Shown piece by piece: positions 17,787-28,044 of a stretch of DNA of 64,000 bases. Source of the stretch: Dehalococcoidia bacterium (GTDB lineage: Bacteria; Chloroflexota; Dehalococcoidia; Lucifugimonadales; CATQGZ01); assembly GCA_965223945.1 (NCBI GenBank), contig CBDCXW010000008.1, forward strand, positions 422,485-486,484. Reading direction: 5' to 3'. Below the pieces are notes generated by a model. That model was not told where the DNA came from. It saw only the letters and a list, made by a program, of their open reading frames with translations, and ran no database searches. A program made the translations under genes and the position numbers. Within the stretch, counting starts at the first letter, position 1; the number at the start of each line of letters is the position of its first letter.

Positions 17787-19748
17787 CTACTCCTCTTGGG
17801 AGGAAGGGACCACCGGGTTGAGCTCCCACTGCCACTCGATGCCCTCGTTCTTCGGAGTCTTGAGCACAGACCCACTCTTGGCCACGTGGACCGCGAACGA
17901 GATCAGATCGTCCGCGCAGGCTTCGCAGTAACCGAAGTTTTCGATGAGGCGACTGTAGACCGCGCTGCGGAGCCGCCGCCACTCGATTCGCTGGCGCGAG
18001 CGGGGGCGGGTGAGCGTACGATCGATAGTGCGCCTGTCTGTGAACAGTCTGGCTTCTATCGCCGCCTTCAGCCGGGACTCCGAGGAATAGCCGTAGGCCA
18101 CACCCGGTGACCTCAGGTTCGCGAAGTAGCGGTTCATCTCATGCCGGAAGTCCGACCTGTCTTTGTCGGCTATGCCCGCCTGCTTTTCGATGTCTCTCAT
18201 GTCGCGCTCGATGTGGTCCAGGCCCGAGCAGAACGCCTCTACATTAGTAAGGTAGTCGTCGAGGAGGTCCTTGGCGGTTGTTTCGAAACCTTCCTTGTAG
18301 GCGCGTTGAATGTCGCGTACGGCCAGGCCCCCGTACTCTTCGACGGCAGCCCGGATGAAGTCAAGGTACTTCGTCCGGCTCGCGGAGTCCAAATTGACGT
18401 TTTCCTTTAACCCTTCCCAGAGCGCGTCAAGGGCCCTCAGTGGGGACAGACAGGCGATGGAAGAGTCGCTCGCGACCCCGCTCAGTCGGTTCATCACATA
18501 GCGCGGTGATATGCCCTGCATGCCCTCGTTGGGATGGTGGCGCCTCATCTCCTTCACGTCATCCGACGAAACGTGCTGCAGCACCTGCCCGTCGTACACA
18601 CGAAGCTTATCGAGCAGGGTCATTCCCTGTCGGTCCGGTGCCTCGAGACGGGACAGCACGGCAAACGTACTCGCAGTCGCGAGGGCCAGCGGAGCCATGT
18701 GTGCCTTCTGCGAGATGCTGCCCGACAGCATCTTCTCGTATATCTTGATCTCGTCCTGGACCCTCACGTTGTAGGGGATCTGGATTGCGATGATCCGGTC
18801 CTTGAGCGCCTCGGAGCTCTCGTCTTTCATGAAGGCGTCGAAGTCACCCTCGTTGGAGTGGGCGATCACGACCTCGTCAACGTATACGGACCCGAAGCGC
18901 TCCATCTTAATGAGCTGTTCTTGGGCGAGCCCGAGTAGTGTAGTGAGAAGATGCCGGTCGGACTTGAAAATCTCCCCGAACTCGACGATGCCCCGGTTCG
19001 CAACGTTCAGCTCGCCGTCCATCCTGAACGCCTTGCCGGCGACTTCCACCCTGTCGCCGCCCAGCTGGCTGAGGTCAATGCTGCCGACGAGTAGGGAGGC
19101 ATCCGACGGGTTGGGATTCGTGGCGACGTAGAACCCGATACCGACAGCCTCCTGCTCGGAGAAGACGACGCGGCTCACCGGCATCTCGCCGACGCGGCCC
19201 TGGTGCTCCGATCGGAGGACGTATCGGCACCTTGGGCACAGGTCGCCCTCTACGTAGATGCCGAACTCCTCCATAAGCCTGGGCCTCACGTCGTTGGGGA
19301 TGAGGTGGAGAGGCTCTTCCTGCATGGGACAGCCCTTGATCGCGTAGGCGGCGCCGGCATCAGTGCGGGTGTACCGCTCAAGGGCGCGCTTGAGCAGGGC
19401 CGTGATCGTCGATTTGCCGCCTGCGGGCGGTCCGATCATAAGCAGTATTCGCTTCCGTATCGCTAACCTGTTGGCGCCGGAGGCGAAGTACTGGACTATG
19501 CGCTCCAGCTGGTCCTCCAGGCCGTATATCTCGCCACTGAAGAGCTCGTAGATCGGGGCTCCTGTGGGCGACTCTTCAATGCCGACGTCCGCGATGGAGT
19601 CGTACACAAGCTTGTGCGAAAGCCGCGATATCTCAGGGTTGCCGGCCACGAGCCTTAGGTAGTCGGCGAATGTCGCTTCCGACGAGTAGCGGGCAGAAAC
19701 TCGCTCACTCTCGGCGAGAATGTCCTGTATTGAAGGTGTGTCGACCAC
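17787..19748 (-). CDS. prkA: PrkA family serine protein kinase (AAA-type N-domain)
   Basis: 653 aa with LLMIGPPAGGKST (P-loop) and high overall similarity to the PrkA/YeaG architecture. Confidence 0.9.
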   Translation of the reverse strand: MVDTPSIQDILAESERVSARYSSEATFADYLRLVAGNPEISRLSHKLVYDSIADVGIEESPTGAPIYELFSGEIYGLEDQLERIVQYFASGANRLAIRKRILLMIGPPAGGKSTITALLKRALERYTRTDAGAAYAIKGCPMQEEPLHLIPNDVRPRLMEEFGIYVEGDLCPRCRYVLRSEHQGRVGEMPVSRVVFSEQEAVGIGFYVATNPNPSDASLLVGSIDLSQLGGDRVEVAGKAFRMDGELNVANRGIVEFGEIFKSDRHLLTTLLGLAQEQLIKMERFGSVYVDEVVIAHSNEGDFDAFMKDESSEALKDRIIAIQIPYNVRVQDEIKIYEKMLSGSISQKAHMAPLALATASTFAVLSRLEAPDRQGMTLLDKLRVYDGQVLQHVSSDDVKEMRRHHPNEGMQGISPRYVMNRLSGVASDSSIACLSPLRALDALWEGLKENVNLDSASRTKYLDFIRAAVEEYGGLAVRDIQRAYKEGFETTAKDLLDDYLTNVEAFCSGLDHIERDMRDIEKQAGIADKDRSDFRHEMNRYFANLRSPGVAYGYSSESRLKAAIEARLFTDRRTIDRTLTRPRSRQRIEWRRLRSAVYSRLIENFGYCEACADDLISFAVHVAKSGSVLKTPKNEGIEWQWELNPVVPSSQEE

Positions 19749-19847
19749 TCTCTGCTCCGTGGGCCGCCACGCTCCGGCCTCTGGCTTAAGCCGAGGCGGA
19801 GCGCAGGCCGTTCAGGTGGACTTGAAACCCAGTGCCGGGCAGGGGTC

Positions 19848-20456
19848 TCAAATCAACGATACATTAATTGCCGTAGTCCCTATGAGTATTCCTACAATGG
19901 CGACGGCGACTGATCCCACGAGGGTGAACCACCCGGCGACCGGCCGAAGGCCGTTGAACGGTATGGCAAGGTAGAAGAACAGCATGGCTGCCACTACCGA
20001 TAGGATCAGAGTTGCGGCGGAGAGGGCGATGACGACGTCTTCACCGTACGGCTTTGACAGGGAGCTCGCGAAGAGGATCAGGGTGAACACGCTGATCACG
20101 GCCACGATGGCGCTATAGAAGCCTATCGCCCGCTCGTCGTAGTCCCCAATAGCCTGGGCCCCGACCCCCACCGCGTACACGGCCCAACCTATGATGAGGG
20201 TCTTCATCATGGTGGTCTCGGCCAGCCCGGAGGCTATCGAGTACGCCTTGTGCCCGGCATTTCCACCCGCATCCGCGATCGCTTCAGCGTTTCCTCCTAT
20301 TAGGAGCATCGGGTCCAGCGTAGTGGCGATAAGGGCCGCCAGGCCGAGGGCACCTACATAGACGCCTACCATACGCCCATCTGGATACAACCCAAGAATA
20401 TGCCATGAGTGGCAGAACAGCGCACCCGCGATCAGAATGAGTCCTAAGGCCTCCAT
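19848..20456 (-). CDS. Polytopic membrane protein, possibly an AmiS/UreI-family channel
   Basis: About six hydrophobic segments. The N-terminus LGLILIAGALFCHSWHILGL resembles the AmiS/UreI N-terminus by eye; no search was run. Confidence 0.45.
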   Translation of the reverse strand: MEALGLILIAGALFCHSWHILGLYPDGRMVGVYVGALGLAALIATTLDPMLLIGGNAEAIADAGGNAGHKAYSIASGLAETTMMKTLIIGWAVYAVGVGAQAIGDYDERAIGFYSAIVAVISVFTLILFASSLSKPYGEDVVIALSAATLILSVVAAMLFFYLAIPFNGLRPVAGWFTLVGSVAVAIVGILIGTTAINVSLI

Positions 20457-20685
20457 CTCTCCTCCTTATTGACTATGCTGGTTGCTCTTCGACGAACGGA
20501 CCTGTGCCATCGCGTGAAGTTGTCGGGCTTGCGGCGTCTCTCGCCCCGCGACAGGGTATGACAAGACGTGATTGCTTGTCCAGTGGCCGCGCACCAGAAC
20601 TGAAGGACGCAGATAGAAGAGACTGAGACGGTCTGTCTGGCGGCTGGAGCTCACCAAGCGTTGCGGCGGAAGAATCACTCGCCCG

Positions 20686-21177
20686 CTATGCGCATGCCGG
20701 CACCGAGTCGGCAGACCATTCGGCCTCGTGAGGCTGTGCGATCGAAATCCTGGCGGCGGTGACACCGGAGAAGAACCTCAGCCGCTCCACCATCTCCCCC
20801 CGGTTGTAGTCGACTCCCCACTTGGGGTCCCTCCAGACGAAGTCACCAGCTTCGGTGAAAGGCTGGGCCGTCTGCTGGGACTCCGGCGGCCATAGCGTAG
20901 GCTTCTCTTTGCCCGAGCGGGAGCGCCGGTCCTCATCGAGCAGGGTGTACATGGTACCGCCCTTTTCGACGCTGAAGTCTATCTCGCCCGCCCACGCGTA
21001 GTCGTTGAGATTTCTGATGTAGAGCTTGGCGTCGCGGCCTTCGCCCTCGACGCACACCTGGGCAGCCACCGGCTCAGACGGCGTCGTCTCGGTCGTTTGC
21101 GACGCCCCGCCGCCGCCGCAGGCGGCCAGCACCACGACGGCCAAAGCCGGGACGAGCGAGGCCAGCCCCTTCCGCAA
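20686..21177 (-). CDS. Lipoprotein of unknown function
   Basis: TTG start gives LRKGLASLVPALAVVVLAAC-GGG (a lipobox). The longer ORF to 21339 overlaps the upstream permease gene. Confidence 0.55.
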   Translation of the reverse strand: MRKGLASLVPALAVVVLAACGGGGASQTTETTPSEPVAAQVCVEGEGRDAKLYIRNLNDYAWAGEIDFSVEKGGTMYTLLDEDRRSRSGKEKPTLWPPESQQTAQPFTEAGDFVWRDPKWGVDYNRGEMVERLRFFSGVTAARISIAQPHEAEWSADSVPACA

Positions 21178-21179
21178 AG

Positions 21180-22013
21180 CTACATCCGCCCTCTGAGCCG
21201 CGGGTCCATTACGTCCCGCACCCAATCGCCGAACAGGTTCGCTGCTAGAACGACCATGGCTATGGCGACACCCGGAGCGATCGACGGAGCCCAGGAAAAC
21301 AGGATGTTGTCCCGCGCGTCTGCCAGCATCCGCCCCCACGACGGTTCATTGGGACTGGCCCCGAATCCAAGGTAGCTGAGGCTGGCCTCGGCAAGAATGA
21401 TCCAGCCGAACCCGAGCGTAACGCCGACAATCAGGGGAGCCATTACGTTGGGGAGGATATGGCGCACCATGATCCTTATGTCGCCGGCGCCGACTGAACG
21501 GGCTGCCAGTACGTACTCCATGTTCTTCGCTCTGAACACCTCGCCCCTGGTGACACGGCTGGCCGACAGAGCTGCGCTGATGCCGAAAAAGACGATCAGG
21601 TTCATTACGCCCTGGCCAAGGAACGCCATGACAGCCAGAAGCAGCACCAACGGGGGTAAGGCGGCGTTCATATCCGCGATACGCATGATGACGTCGTCCA
21701 CCCATCCGCCATAGTAGGCGGCAACTAGACCCGGCCCCACGTTCAAGACCAGGTACAGCAACGTGACGCTGACTCCGACGAGCATGGAGATTCTCGCGCC
21801 AAGGATGATACCGCTGGCAATGTCCCTGCCTATAACGTCGGTCCCCAACAAGCCGACGCCCTCGTCTTGATCCAGCCAGATGGGTTTGCGGTGACGTTCC
21901 TTGAGGCTGATTTCGGAATAGTCCTCGGGGGTGATCCACGGACCAAAGACGGCGATGAAGATGAACACCAGGAAGAATCCGCCGCCCAGTATGCCCATGC
22001 GGTGCTTCCACAC
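21180..22013 (-). CDS. ABC transporter permease (DppC/OppC-like)
   Basis: 277 aa with six predicted TM segments and an EAA-like loop ...AARSVGAGDIRIMVRHILPN.... Confidence 0.85.
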   Translation of the reverse strand: MWKHRMGILGGGFFLVFIFIAVFGPWITPEDYSEISLKERHRKPIWLDQDEGVGLLGTDVIGRDIASGIILGARISMLVGVSVTLLYLVLNVGPGLVAAYYGGWVDDVIMRIADMNAALPPLVLLLAVMAFLGQGVMNLIVFFGISAALSASRVTRGEVFRAKNMEYVLAARSVGAGDIRIMVRHILPNVMAPLIVGVTLGFGWIILAEASLSYLGFGASPNEPSWGRMLADARDNILFSWAPSIAPGVAIAMVVLAANLFGDWVRDVMDPRLRGRM

Positions 22014-22114
22014 GGTCTGCCAGAAGGTCAGCTTGCCAGTCCACCCAACCTCAGCTTCAGATAGGGCTGAGGGGCTGCTCGTTACAATCGGACTACCTCC
22101 CTAGTGATTGGCGT

Positions 22115-23062
22115 TCAGGTGGCTGAGGTCCCGAACCTTATCCTGGGATCGGCCATTGCATACGTAAGGTCCAAGACCAGGAATATCAGGACGCTGATAG
22201 AGCCTAGAAGGATGGTAAGCATGAATACGACGGGATAGTCACGCACGCTCATGGACTGCACGAAGAGCTGGCCGATGCCCGGCCACGCGAAGATGTTCTC
22301 TATGATGATCGAGCCGCCAAGGATCGCCGTCGTAAGCGGCACCGTGATGCTCAACAGGGTGATCATGCCGTTCCTGAAGGCGTGCCTGACGACCACGGTA
22401 CGCTCGGCAAGACCCTTCGACCTCGCCGTGCGTATGTAGTCCTGGTTCATCACTTCGAGCATCCCGGAACGGGCGTACCTGGCCAGTACCGCAGTCCCTG
22501 CAACGCCGCCCGTTATCGTCGGGAGTATGTAGTGCTTCCAGCTTTCGTATCCTGAGCTGGGCAGCCATCCCAGCACTACGGCAAAGAGGATTATCAGCAG
22601 GATGCCCAACCAGAAGTTGGGAAAGATGAACCCCACCACCGATGCGGTGGTGGCTCCTGTATCGAAGAGAGACCCTCGTCTTAGCGCCGCCATGACGCCC
22701 AGGGGGAGACCCGTAACTATGGCGAAGACGTACTGGGCGAGTCCCAGCTGGATCGTGCGCGGGAGCCGTTCAAAGACAATGTCTCTTGTCGGCGCCTGGT
22801 ACCTGAAGGAATCTCGGAAGTCTAACCGCAGGACCCGCCATACGTACTTCGCGTACTGGATCGGCAGAGGATCGTTGAATCCCAGCCGCAGCCGGGCGTA
22901 GTTCAACTCGAGGTCAACACGTTCCTCGTCCCATTCAAGGTCGATGTCGACGAAGAAGGCAGCCGGATCGCCGGATAGCCTGATGAGGAAGAATGTCAAG
23001 GTCATGACGCCAAACATGACCATAACGGCCTGAATCATGCGCCGGATGACGTACCTAGTCAC
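22115..23062 (-). CDS. ABC transporter permease (DppB/OppB-like)
   Basis: MTRYVIRRMIQAVMVMFGVMTLTFFLIRLSGDP... and YIRTARSKGLAERTVVVRHAFRN are typical. Confidence 0.9.
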   Translation of the reverse strand: MTRYVIRRMIQAVMVMFGVMTLTFFLIRLSGDPAAFFVDIDLEWDEERVDLELNYARLRLGFNDPLPIQYAKYVWRVLRLDFRDSFRYQAPTRDIVFERLPRTIQLGLAQYVFAIVTGLPLGVMAALRRGSLFDTGATTASVVGFIFPNFWLGILLIILFAVVLGWLPSSGYESWKHYILPTITGGVAGTAVLARYARSGMLEVMNQDYIRTARSKGLAERTVVVRHAFRNGMITLLSITVPLTTAILGGSIIIENIFAWPGIGQLFVQSMSVRDYPVVFMLTILLGSISVLIFLVLDLTYAMADPRIRFGTSAT

Positions 23063-23131
23063 CTGTCCCCGTCCCTAGCTCTGTCCATATGAGCCAACAC
23101 AAGACACCGATTCCCCGGTGTACGCGAGTAA

Positions 23132-23845
23132 TCACTCCCTCCGGATCCTCTGATCGATTATCTTCGCAAGGTCTCGAAGTCCCGCGGTGTCAGTCAGCGG
23201 CTCTGCTCCTTCAGACATTCCCGTGTGAAGGGTGACCAGTATATCCGATCTCAAGAAGACGATGTTGGACCCGATCCCCGCCGCGTTGGCCACCATCTGG
23301 GCGGACGCGTGGCCGATTGGCGTCGTCATGACCTCCAGCTCGGGTGCCGTCTGCTCCTTGATCTCCTCATACTGGTTCGACGCGGCGACAGTGGACTCCA
23401 GGTCGAAGACACCCAGCCTGATACTCTTGCTCCCATCGTGGTTTATAAAGAATATCGAGAAGCCACTGTCCATTGGAAAGGTCTGCTGGACGTCCCTGCT
23501 GTCCATCAGTTTCTTTATGTCCAGAAACTGGGTTTCCTTCAGGCCCTGACTCTCGGTTAGGACTCCCTGGACCTCCTGGACAGTCAGGAGCGACCGGAAC
23601 TGCTCTGCGGTCAGAACGGCTCCGACCAGAGCCTCCGGCTCCTCGGCCTCCGGCTCCTCGGCCTCCGGCTCCTCGGCCTCCGGCTCCTCGGCCTCCGGCT
23701 CCTCAGCCTCTGGCTCCTCAGTCGGAGAGGTCTGCTCCCCGACGACATCGCGCTCCTGCTCCGTCGCTGGTGAGTCGTCGCTATCCGAGCAGGCTAGAAT
23801 CGACGCGATGAATACCACAACCAGAACTAACCCTATGTGTTTCAC
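23132..23845 (-). CDS. Lipoprotein with (EEPEA)x6 acidic linker
   Basis: Signal/lipobox VVVFIASILAC-SDS, followed by six tandem EEPEA units. The C-terminal domain is unassigned. Confidence 0.7.
   Translation of the reverse strand: MKHIGLVLVVVFIASILACSDSDDSPATEQERDVVGEQTSPTEEPEAEEPEAEEPEAEEPEAEEPEAEEPEALVGAVLTAEQFRSLLTVQEVQGVLTESQGLKETQFLDIKKLMDSRDVQQTFPMDSGFSIFFINHDGSKSIRLGVFDLESTVAASNQYEEIKEQTAPELEVMTTPIGHASAQMVANAAGIGSNIVFLRSDILVTLHTGMSEGAEPLTDTAGLRDLAKIIDQRIRRE
23631..23720. repeat. Six tandem 15-bp units (GCCTCCGGCTCCTCG) encoding EEPEA
   Basis: Four identical units, then two with 1-2 substitutions, in frame within CDS 23132..23845. Confidence 0.9.
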
Positions 23846-23888
23846 AGTGCCCCCGAGTTTCCAAGTCGTGCCATGACTCTCTGGCCTC

Positions 23889-26057
23889 CTAACCTTCTGG
23901 CTCCGTGATCAGCAGGACCTGATCGACCGAAACGCTGCTTAGCATCTGCTTTCTACCGCTGGGCCACAGGATGGTGATCTCCTCGACCTCTGTAGCTCCC
24001 CCGACGCCGAATTCGAGGTCCACGCTGTCCATGGACAGGTAGCTGGAGCCGGCTCGCACCTCCTGTACCTGTACCTGGGGCTGCCCTGACTGTCCAGGAA
24101 CGGTCTTGATGTATACACGAGCGCCTATGCCGTCGGCGTTGCTCCCGGTACCGTCGATCGCCATGCGGCCCTGTAGCCGAAGCGTCAGCCAGTGGTTTGG
24201 TCCCCCGCCGTTTATCCATACCATCACGGGGCCTGCGGCTCGTCGGCTCAGCTGTGCTATCAAGGGGTTGTCACCGACCTTCGGATCGCCGCTGTTGGTT
24301 CCGACGAGGTCCAGGTAGCCGTCGCCATTCAGGTCTCCATGCGCGAGTCCCTTGCCGTTCTCGTGGAACTTGATCCGAAAGTTCCTCATCGTGGAGGCGA
24401 TGTTGGCGTTTTGCAGATCCAGCGTATCGTAATTGAGTCGCATGATGTCGAGTAGTCGGGCTCGAACTGTGACATCCTCGAACAGGCCCTGCCCATCGCC
24501 CCTGAGCATGCGCCCCACGCCCGGGAAGATGCTGCCGCCGGGCATTGGACCTCGCGCGATGGTGGAGCCAAGCCAGTACAGGTCCTGATCGCCGTCGTTG
24601 TCGCTGTCGAAGAAGGTCGTTCCGAATCCGAACTCGTAGGCGGCAAGGCCGGTTGGAACGCTCCAATATGGGTGGATCAAATCAGGGTAGAGCGTGTCGG
24701 GCGGCATGAATGGCGACGGTGTTACGCTGGTCGACTGGGCCACGTCGGTGAACATGCCCAGAGTACCGTAGCTCGGAACATCCCTGACACCGTCGTTCCG
24801 CAGCAGGAAGTGGAGACACGTGCCCCATGAGAAGGTCTCGTGGTATGCGCAGGAGCCTCCCGGTTCGGAAGGCGGGACATCCCTCCGAAGATGGTACCCG
24901 ATATTTGTGACGAAGATGTCCAGATCGGCATCACCGTCGTAGTCCCCGACAGCAAAGCCCATCCAGGCGCCAACTCTGTCTATTCCCATCGCTCGGGCCA
25001 CCGGCGTAAATCGAATGCGGCCCGGAGACGAATCGTTGCGGTAGACATGCAGCCGATCGCCGTCGTTCGCGACCCATAGATCGGGATCGCCGTCATCGTC
25101 CTGGTCGAAGAACAGGACGGCGTGCGTCTGTCCTGTTGGCTCTCCAACGCGGTTCCCCTGCCGATCGGTGACCTTCGGGTCGTACCCTTCGTACGACTGC
25201 CCCGTCTCTGGGTCCCTGAATACGATAGCCTGACCACCGGCCCCCCTCATGACTACTTGGGGACCCTTCACACCAGCCTCCTCCGAAACGTCGGTGAAGG
25301 TCATGTCCCCATTGTTCCTATAGAGAACGTTGTAGTGGCCGGGATGGTTGGCGCTGTCGAAGTCACGGAAGTCCTCATCCGCCAGGTTGCCAACGTAGAT
25401 GTCGAGCCACCCGTCTCCGTCAACGTCGGCGCAGGCGATGCTCGCGGCGGAACGAATATTTGCCTGACTTCCGAAGGCAGCCTCGGTTATATCCTCGAAC
25501 CGGCCATCGCCCAGATTGAGAAAGAGGCTGTCCCTGTTTCCCTGGAGCTCGGCAGGCGATCGAAAATCGAGGCCATCATTTGGGTGGCCCCAGGCGCCGA
25601 CATACAGGTCCTGGTCCCCGTCGTTGTCCAAGTCGCAAGCCACCGCCCCGGTGCTGTGGCTGTCAACGGCAGCCACCCCTGACTCCTTGGCGACATCGAC
25701 AAGGACCAGGTCTCCATCGTTGCGGTACAGGCGATTGGGGAAGCCTCCAAGCTCGGTGACATAGAAATCCAGGTCGCCGTCGCGGTCATAGTCGAAGACG
25801 ACTGCAGATGGTCGGTCGTTCCAGACCGAGAAGTCGAACGGATAGCGCTCCCTGGCTATGTTCGTGAAGGGAGTTACGGGGGCAAGTTCGCTTGAAAGCG
25901 ATGGGGGGGCCAGTACACCTTCGATCTGATCGCCAACGGTCGCCTCACCATCTTGAGGGTGCACGGTGGCGGAACCAATCGTGGCGGTTTCGTCAACCTC
26001 GTCGCCGCAGGCCATAACTGCGAAGAGTATGATCAGGCATCCCCACAGTAGTTTCAT
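23889..26057 (-). CDS. CRTAC1-family protein (FG-GAP/VCBS repeats + ASPIC/UnbV C-terminal domain)
   Basis: Repeated DxDGDGxxD(L/I)(Y/F)V motifs. C-terminus GIGARVYIK...VRAGSSYLSMDSVDLEFGVG. N-terminal signal peptide with Cys. Confidence 0.85.
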   Translation of the reverse strand: MKLLWGCLIILFAVMACGDEVDETATIGSATVHPQDGEATVGDQIEGVLAPPSLSSELAPVTPFTNIARERYPFDFSVWNDRPSAVVFDYDRDGDLDFYVTELGGFPNRLYRNDGDLVLVDVAKESGVAAVDSHSTGAVACDLDNDGDQDLYVGAWGHPNDGLDFRSPAELQGNRDSLFLNLGDGRFEDITEAAFGSQANIRSAASIACADVDGDGWLDIYVGNLADEDFRDFDSANHPGHYNVLYRNNGDMTFTDVSEEAGVKGPQVVMRGAGGQAIVFRDPETGQSYEGYDPKVTDRQGNRVGEPTGQTHAVLFFDQDDDGDPDLWVANDGDRLHVYRNDSSPGRIRFTPVARAMGIDRVGAWMGFAVGDYDGDADLDIFVTNIGYHLRRDVPPSEPGGSCAYHETFSWGTCLHFLLRNDGVRDVPSYGTLGMFTDVAQSTSVTPSPFMPPDTLYPDLIHPYWSVPTGLAAYEFGFGTTFFDSDNDGDQDLYWLGSTIARGPMPGGSIFPGVGRMLRGDGQGLFEDVTVRARLLDIMRLNYDTLDLQNANIASTMRNFRIKFHENGKGLAHGDLNGDGYLDLVGTNSGDPKVGDNPLIAQLSRRAAGPVMVWINGGGPNHWLTLRLQGRMAIDGTGSNADGIGARVYIKTVPGQSGQPQVQVQEVRAGSSYLSMDSVDLEFGVGGATEVEEITILWPSGRKQMLSSVSVDQVLLITEPEG

Positions 26058-26255
26058 CTGGCCGAGCCCCGACGATCAGAGTCCAGCGACCTCGCTCGCT
26101 CGCGAGGTCCGGGCAGGAGGGGGCGGTAGTGCAACTCAGTCAAGCTGGCAGGGAAGACCTGCGCAGAACTCGGGCTGAATTCTCTCGATGCCACACGCTC
26201 GCACCGCTGCATTCAAACGGCGCGAGCGTGTGATATTGGTCAGAAGGGCGAAACC

Positions 26256-27929
26256 CTACTGAGTGGGTATCTCCATCTCGAAGATGCCGTTGAACGTAAT
26301 GTCGGGAAGGTCTCCGCTGAGACCGTAAACGGAAGGTACGGTCCATATCCAGTAGCCGTACGCCTCGTCGCAGTACAGCTCGGCCAAGTCCCTGATCAGA
26401 CCCTCTCGTGTGTCATCGTCCAAAGTAATCTTGATTTGAGCCCGCAGCTCGTCCACTCGCGAGTCCAGGCCACCGCTTCTCATGCTGCCGGAGTTGTCAG
26501 CCAGCCAGAAGTTGAGGTCCATGTTCATAACCGCTGGCAGCACGTTGGCAATGAGGGCATCCAGCCATGCGGCCGCCTCCATGAACTGAAGGTCCATCTT
26601 GATGCCGACGGCATCCCAGTAGGCCTGAACAGCCGTGAAGACCTCTTTGTCACGGAACGTCCACTCTCGTGTTGAGACGCCCGCTGTCTCAAAGCCGTCG
26701 GCATAGCCCGCCTCCGCGAGGAGCGCCTTGGCCTTGTCTGGATCGTATGGGTAGGAAGTGATGTCGGGGTTGTGACCGAACCAGCCATCCGGAACGAACT
26801 GGCATTCCAGCTTCGTGCCGTAGCCTCCCCCTATCTCCGTGAAGATCGCGTCGCTATCGATCGCGTAAAGAGCGGCCTGCCGCACCCGCTTGTCGGACCA
26901 CTCCTCAGTGAGACCCTGGTAGTCCATCCATATTCCCAAGCCCTGCATGATGTCGGCAACGTAGACACGGTGCCCCTGCTTGGCCATGGTGGGAACGTCT
27001 TCTGGTCGAAGCACCGCGGCGATGTCGAATTCGCCCGTCAGCACGCCAGCGACGCGTACAGCGCCCTCGGGAATGTGCCTGAACGTGATCGACTTCACGA
27101 CAGGCTTCGCCAGTGGGTAGTCCTCCCAGCGGTCCATGGAGACGTAGGAGTCTCGCTCCCACCCCGCCCACTTGAAGGGGCCCGCGCCGACCGCGTCATC
27201 GGCGTATCCGTCAACGCCGACCTCGTTGAGGTGGTCCGGATCCAGCATCATCGTGCGAGGGAATATGCGCCAGTAGTTGGGGTCCGGCTGGGCTATCTGG
27301 TACTCGAAGGTGTACTTGTCAGTAGCTTCCCAAGACTGAGCGCCCCCGAATCCGCCGTAGCTCCATGAGAATCTCAGGGGCTCAGCGCTGGTGAGGTACT
27401 CAATCATCCCGGTCAACGCGGGCGCCGTAACCTCTTTGCCGTTGTGGAAGACCAGACCCTCCTCGAACTTGACCTCTATGGTGTCGTCCGAGAGAAGCTC
27501 CCATGACTTGGCTATGTCCGGTACCCACTCGCCAAAGCCGCCGCCAGACCTGTCCAGCCTGGAGAGGCTCCGATAAATCTGAGTGGAGACGACTCGGTCT
27601 TGAAGCGACGGGATCAGGTTGCCAACGACATGAACAGGGATGCCGCTCAAAGCTACGGTGAGATGCTCCACCTCTCCCGTTTCCGCCTCTATGGTCTTGG
27701 TGACCTCAACTACCCTGTCAACGGGTACCTCCTTGATCACCTCCTTCTCCACCACCCTCTCAACTTCTACCTCTACCACCACCTCCTTCTCCACCACTCT
27801 CTCGACTTCGACAGTCTCTACCACTGTCTCGGTCCCGCCGCACGCCAGGTTGGCGACCATCACCAACCCTACAGCCAATGCTATAAGCGGTGAACTCGCG
27901 CGGACGATCGACTTCCTACTCATCGACAA
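26256..27929 (-). CDS. ABC transporter substrate-binding protein, family 5 (peptide/nickel type)
   Basis: Signal peptide plus Cys (ANLAC-GG), a V/E-rich repeat linker (VERVVEKEV...), then an SBP_bac_5-like body. Confidence 0.85.
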   Translation of the reverse strand: MSMSRKSIVRASSPLIALAVGLVMVANLACGGTETVVETVEVERVVEKEVVVEVEVERVVEKEVIKEVPVDRVVEVTKTIEAETGEVEHLTVALSGIPVHVVGNLIPSLQDRVVSTQIYRSLSRLDRSGGGFGEWVPDIAKSWELLSDDTIEVKFEEGLVFHNGKEVTAPALTGMIEYLTSAEPLRFSWSYGGFGGAQSWEATDKYTFEYQIAQPDPNYWRIFPRTMMLDPDHLNEVGVDGYADDAVGAGPFKWAGWERDSYVSMDRWEDYPLAKPVVKSITFRHIPEGAVRVAGVLTGEFDIAAVLRPEDVPTMAKQGHRVYVADIMQGLGIWMDYQGLTEEWSDKRVRQAALYAIDSDAIFTEIGGGYGTKLECQFVPDGWFGHNPDITSYPYDPDKAKALLAEAGYADGFETAGVSTREWTFRDKEVFTAVQAYWDAVGIKMDLQFMEAAAWLDALIANVLPAVMNMDLNFWLADNSGSMRSGGLDSRVDELRAQIKITLDDDTREGLIRDLAELYCDEAYGYWIWTVPSVYGLSGDLPDITFNGIFEMEIPTQ

Positions 27930-28044
27930 CTCCTTCTCAATGCCGGTACTAGCCGTTCCATCTCAACTCATGATTCGATATTCCAGACCCGAAATTCCGA
28001 ACCGGAAGATAACATATCACCGGGCGGCGTGCAATGCTTAGATA

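Noticed and set aside
20457-20685. Possible riboswitch in the 229-nt region upstream of the AmiS/UreI-like gene
   Set aside because: Only generic GC-rich hairpins are visible (20521-20553, 20560-20580). They fit a terminator for the upstream ABC operon plus a promoter. I saw no match to the riboswitch core motifs I know (for example guanidine or ykkC).
23631-23720. Possible CRISPR-like array (regular short repeats)
   Set aside because: The units are contiguous 15-bp tandem repeats without spacers. They are in frame within a lipoprotein gene, encoding EEPEA. No cas genes are present anywhere in the window.
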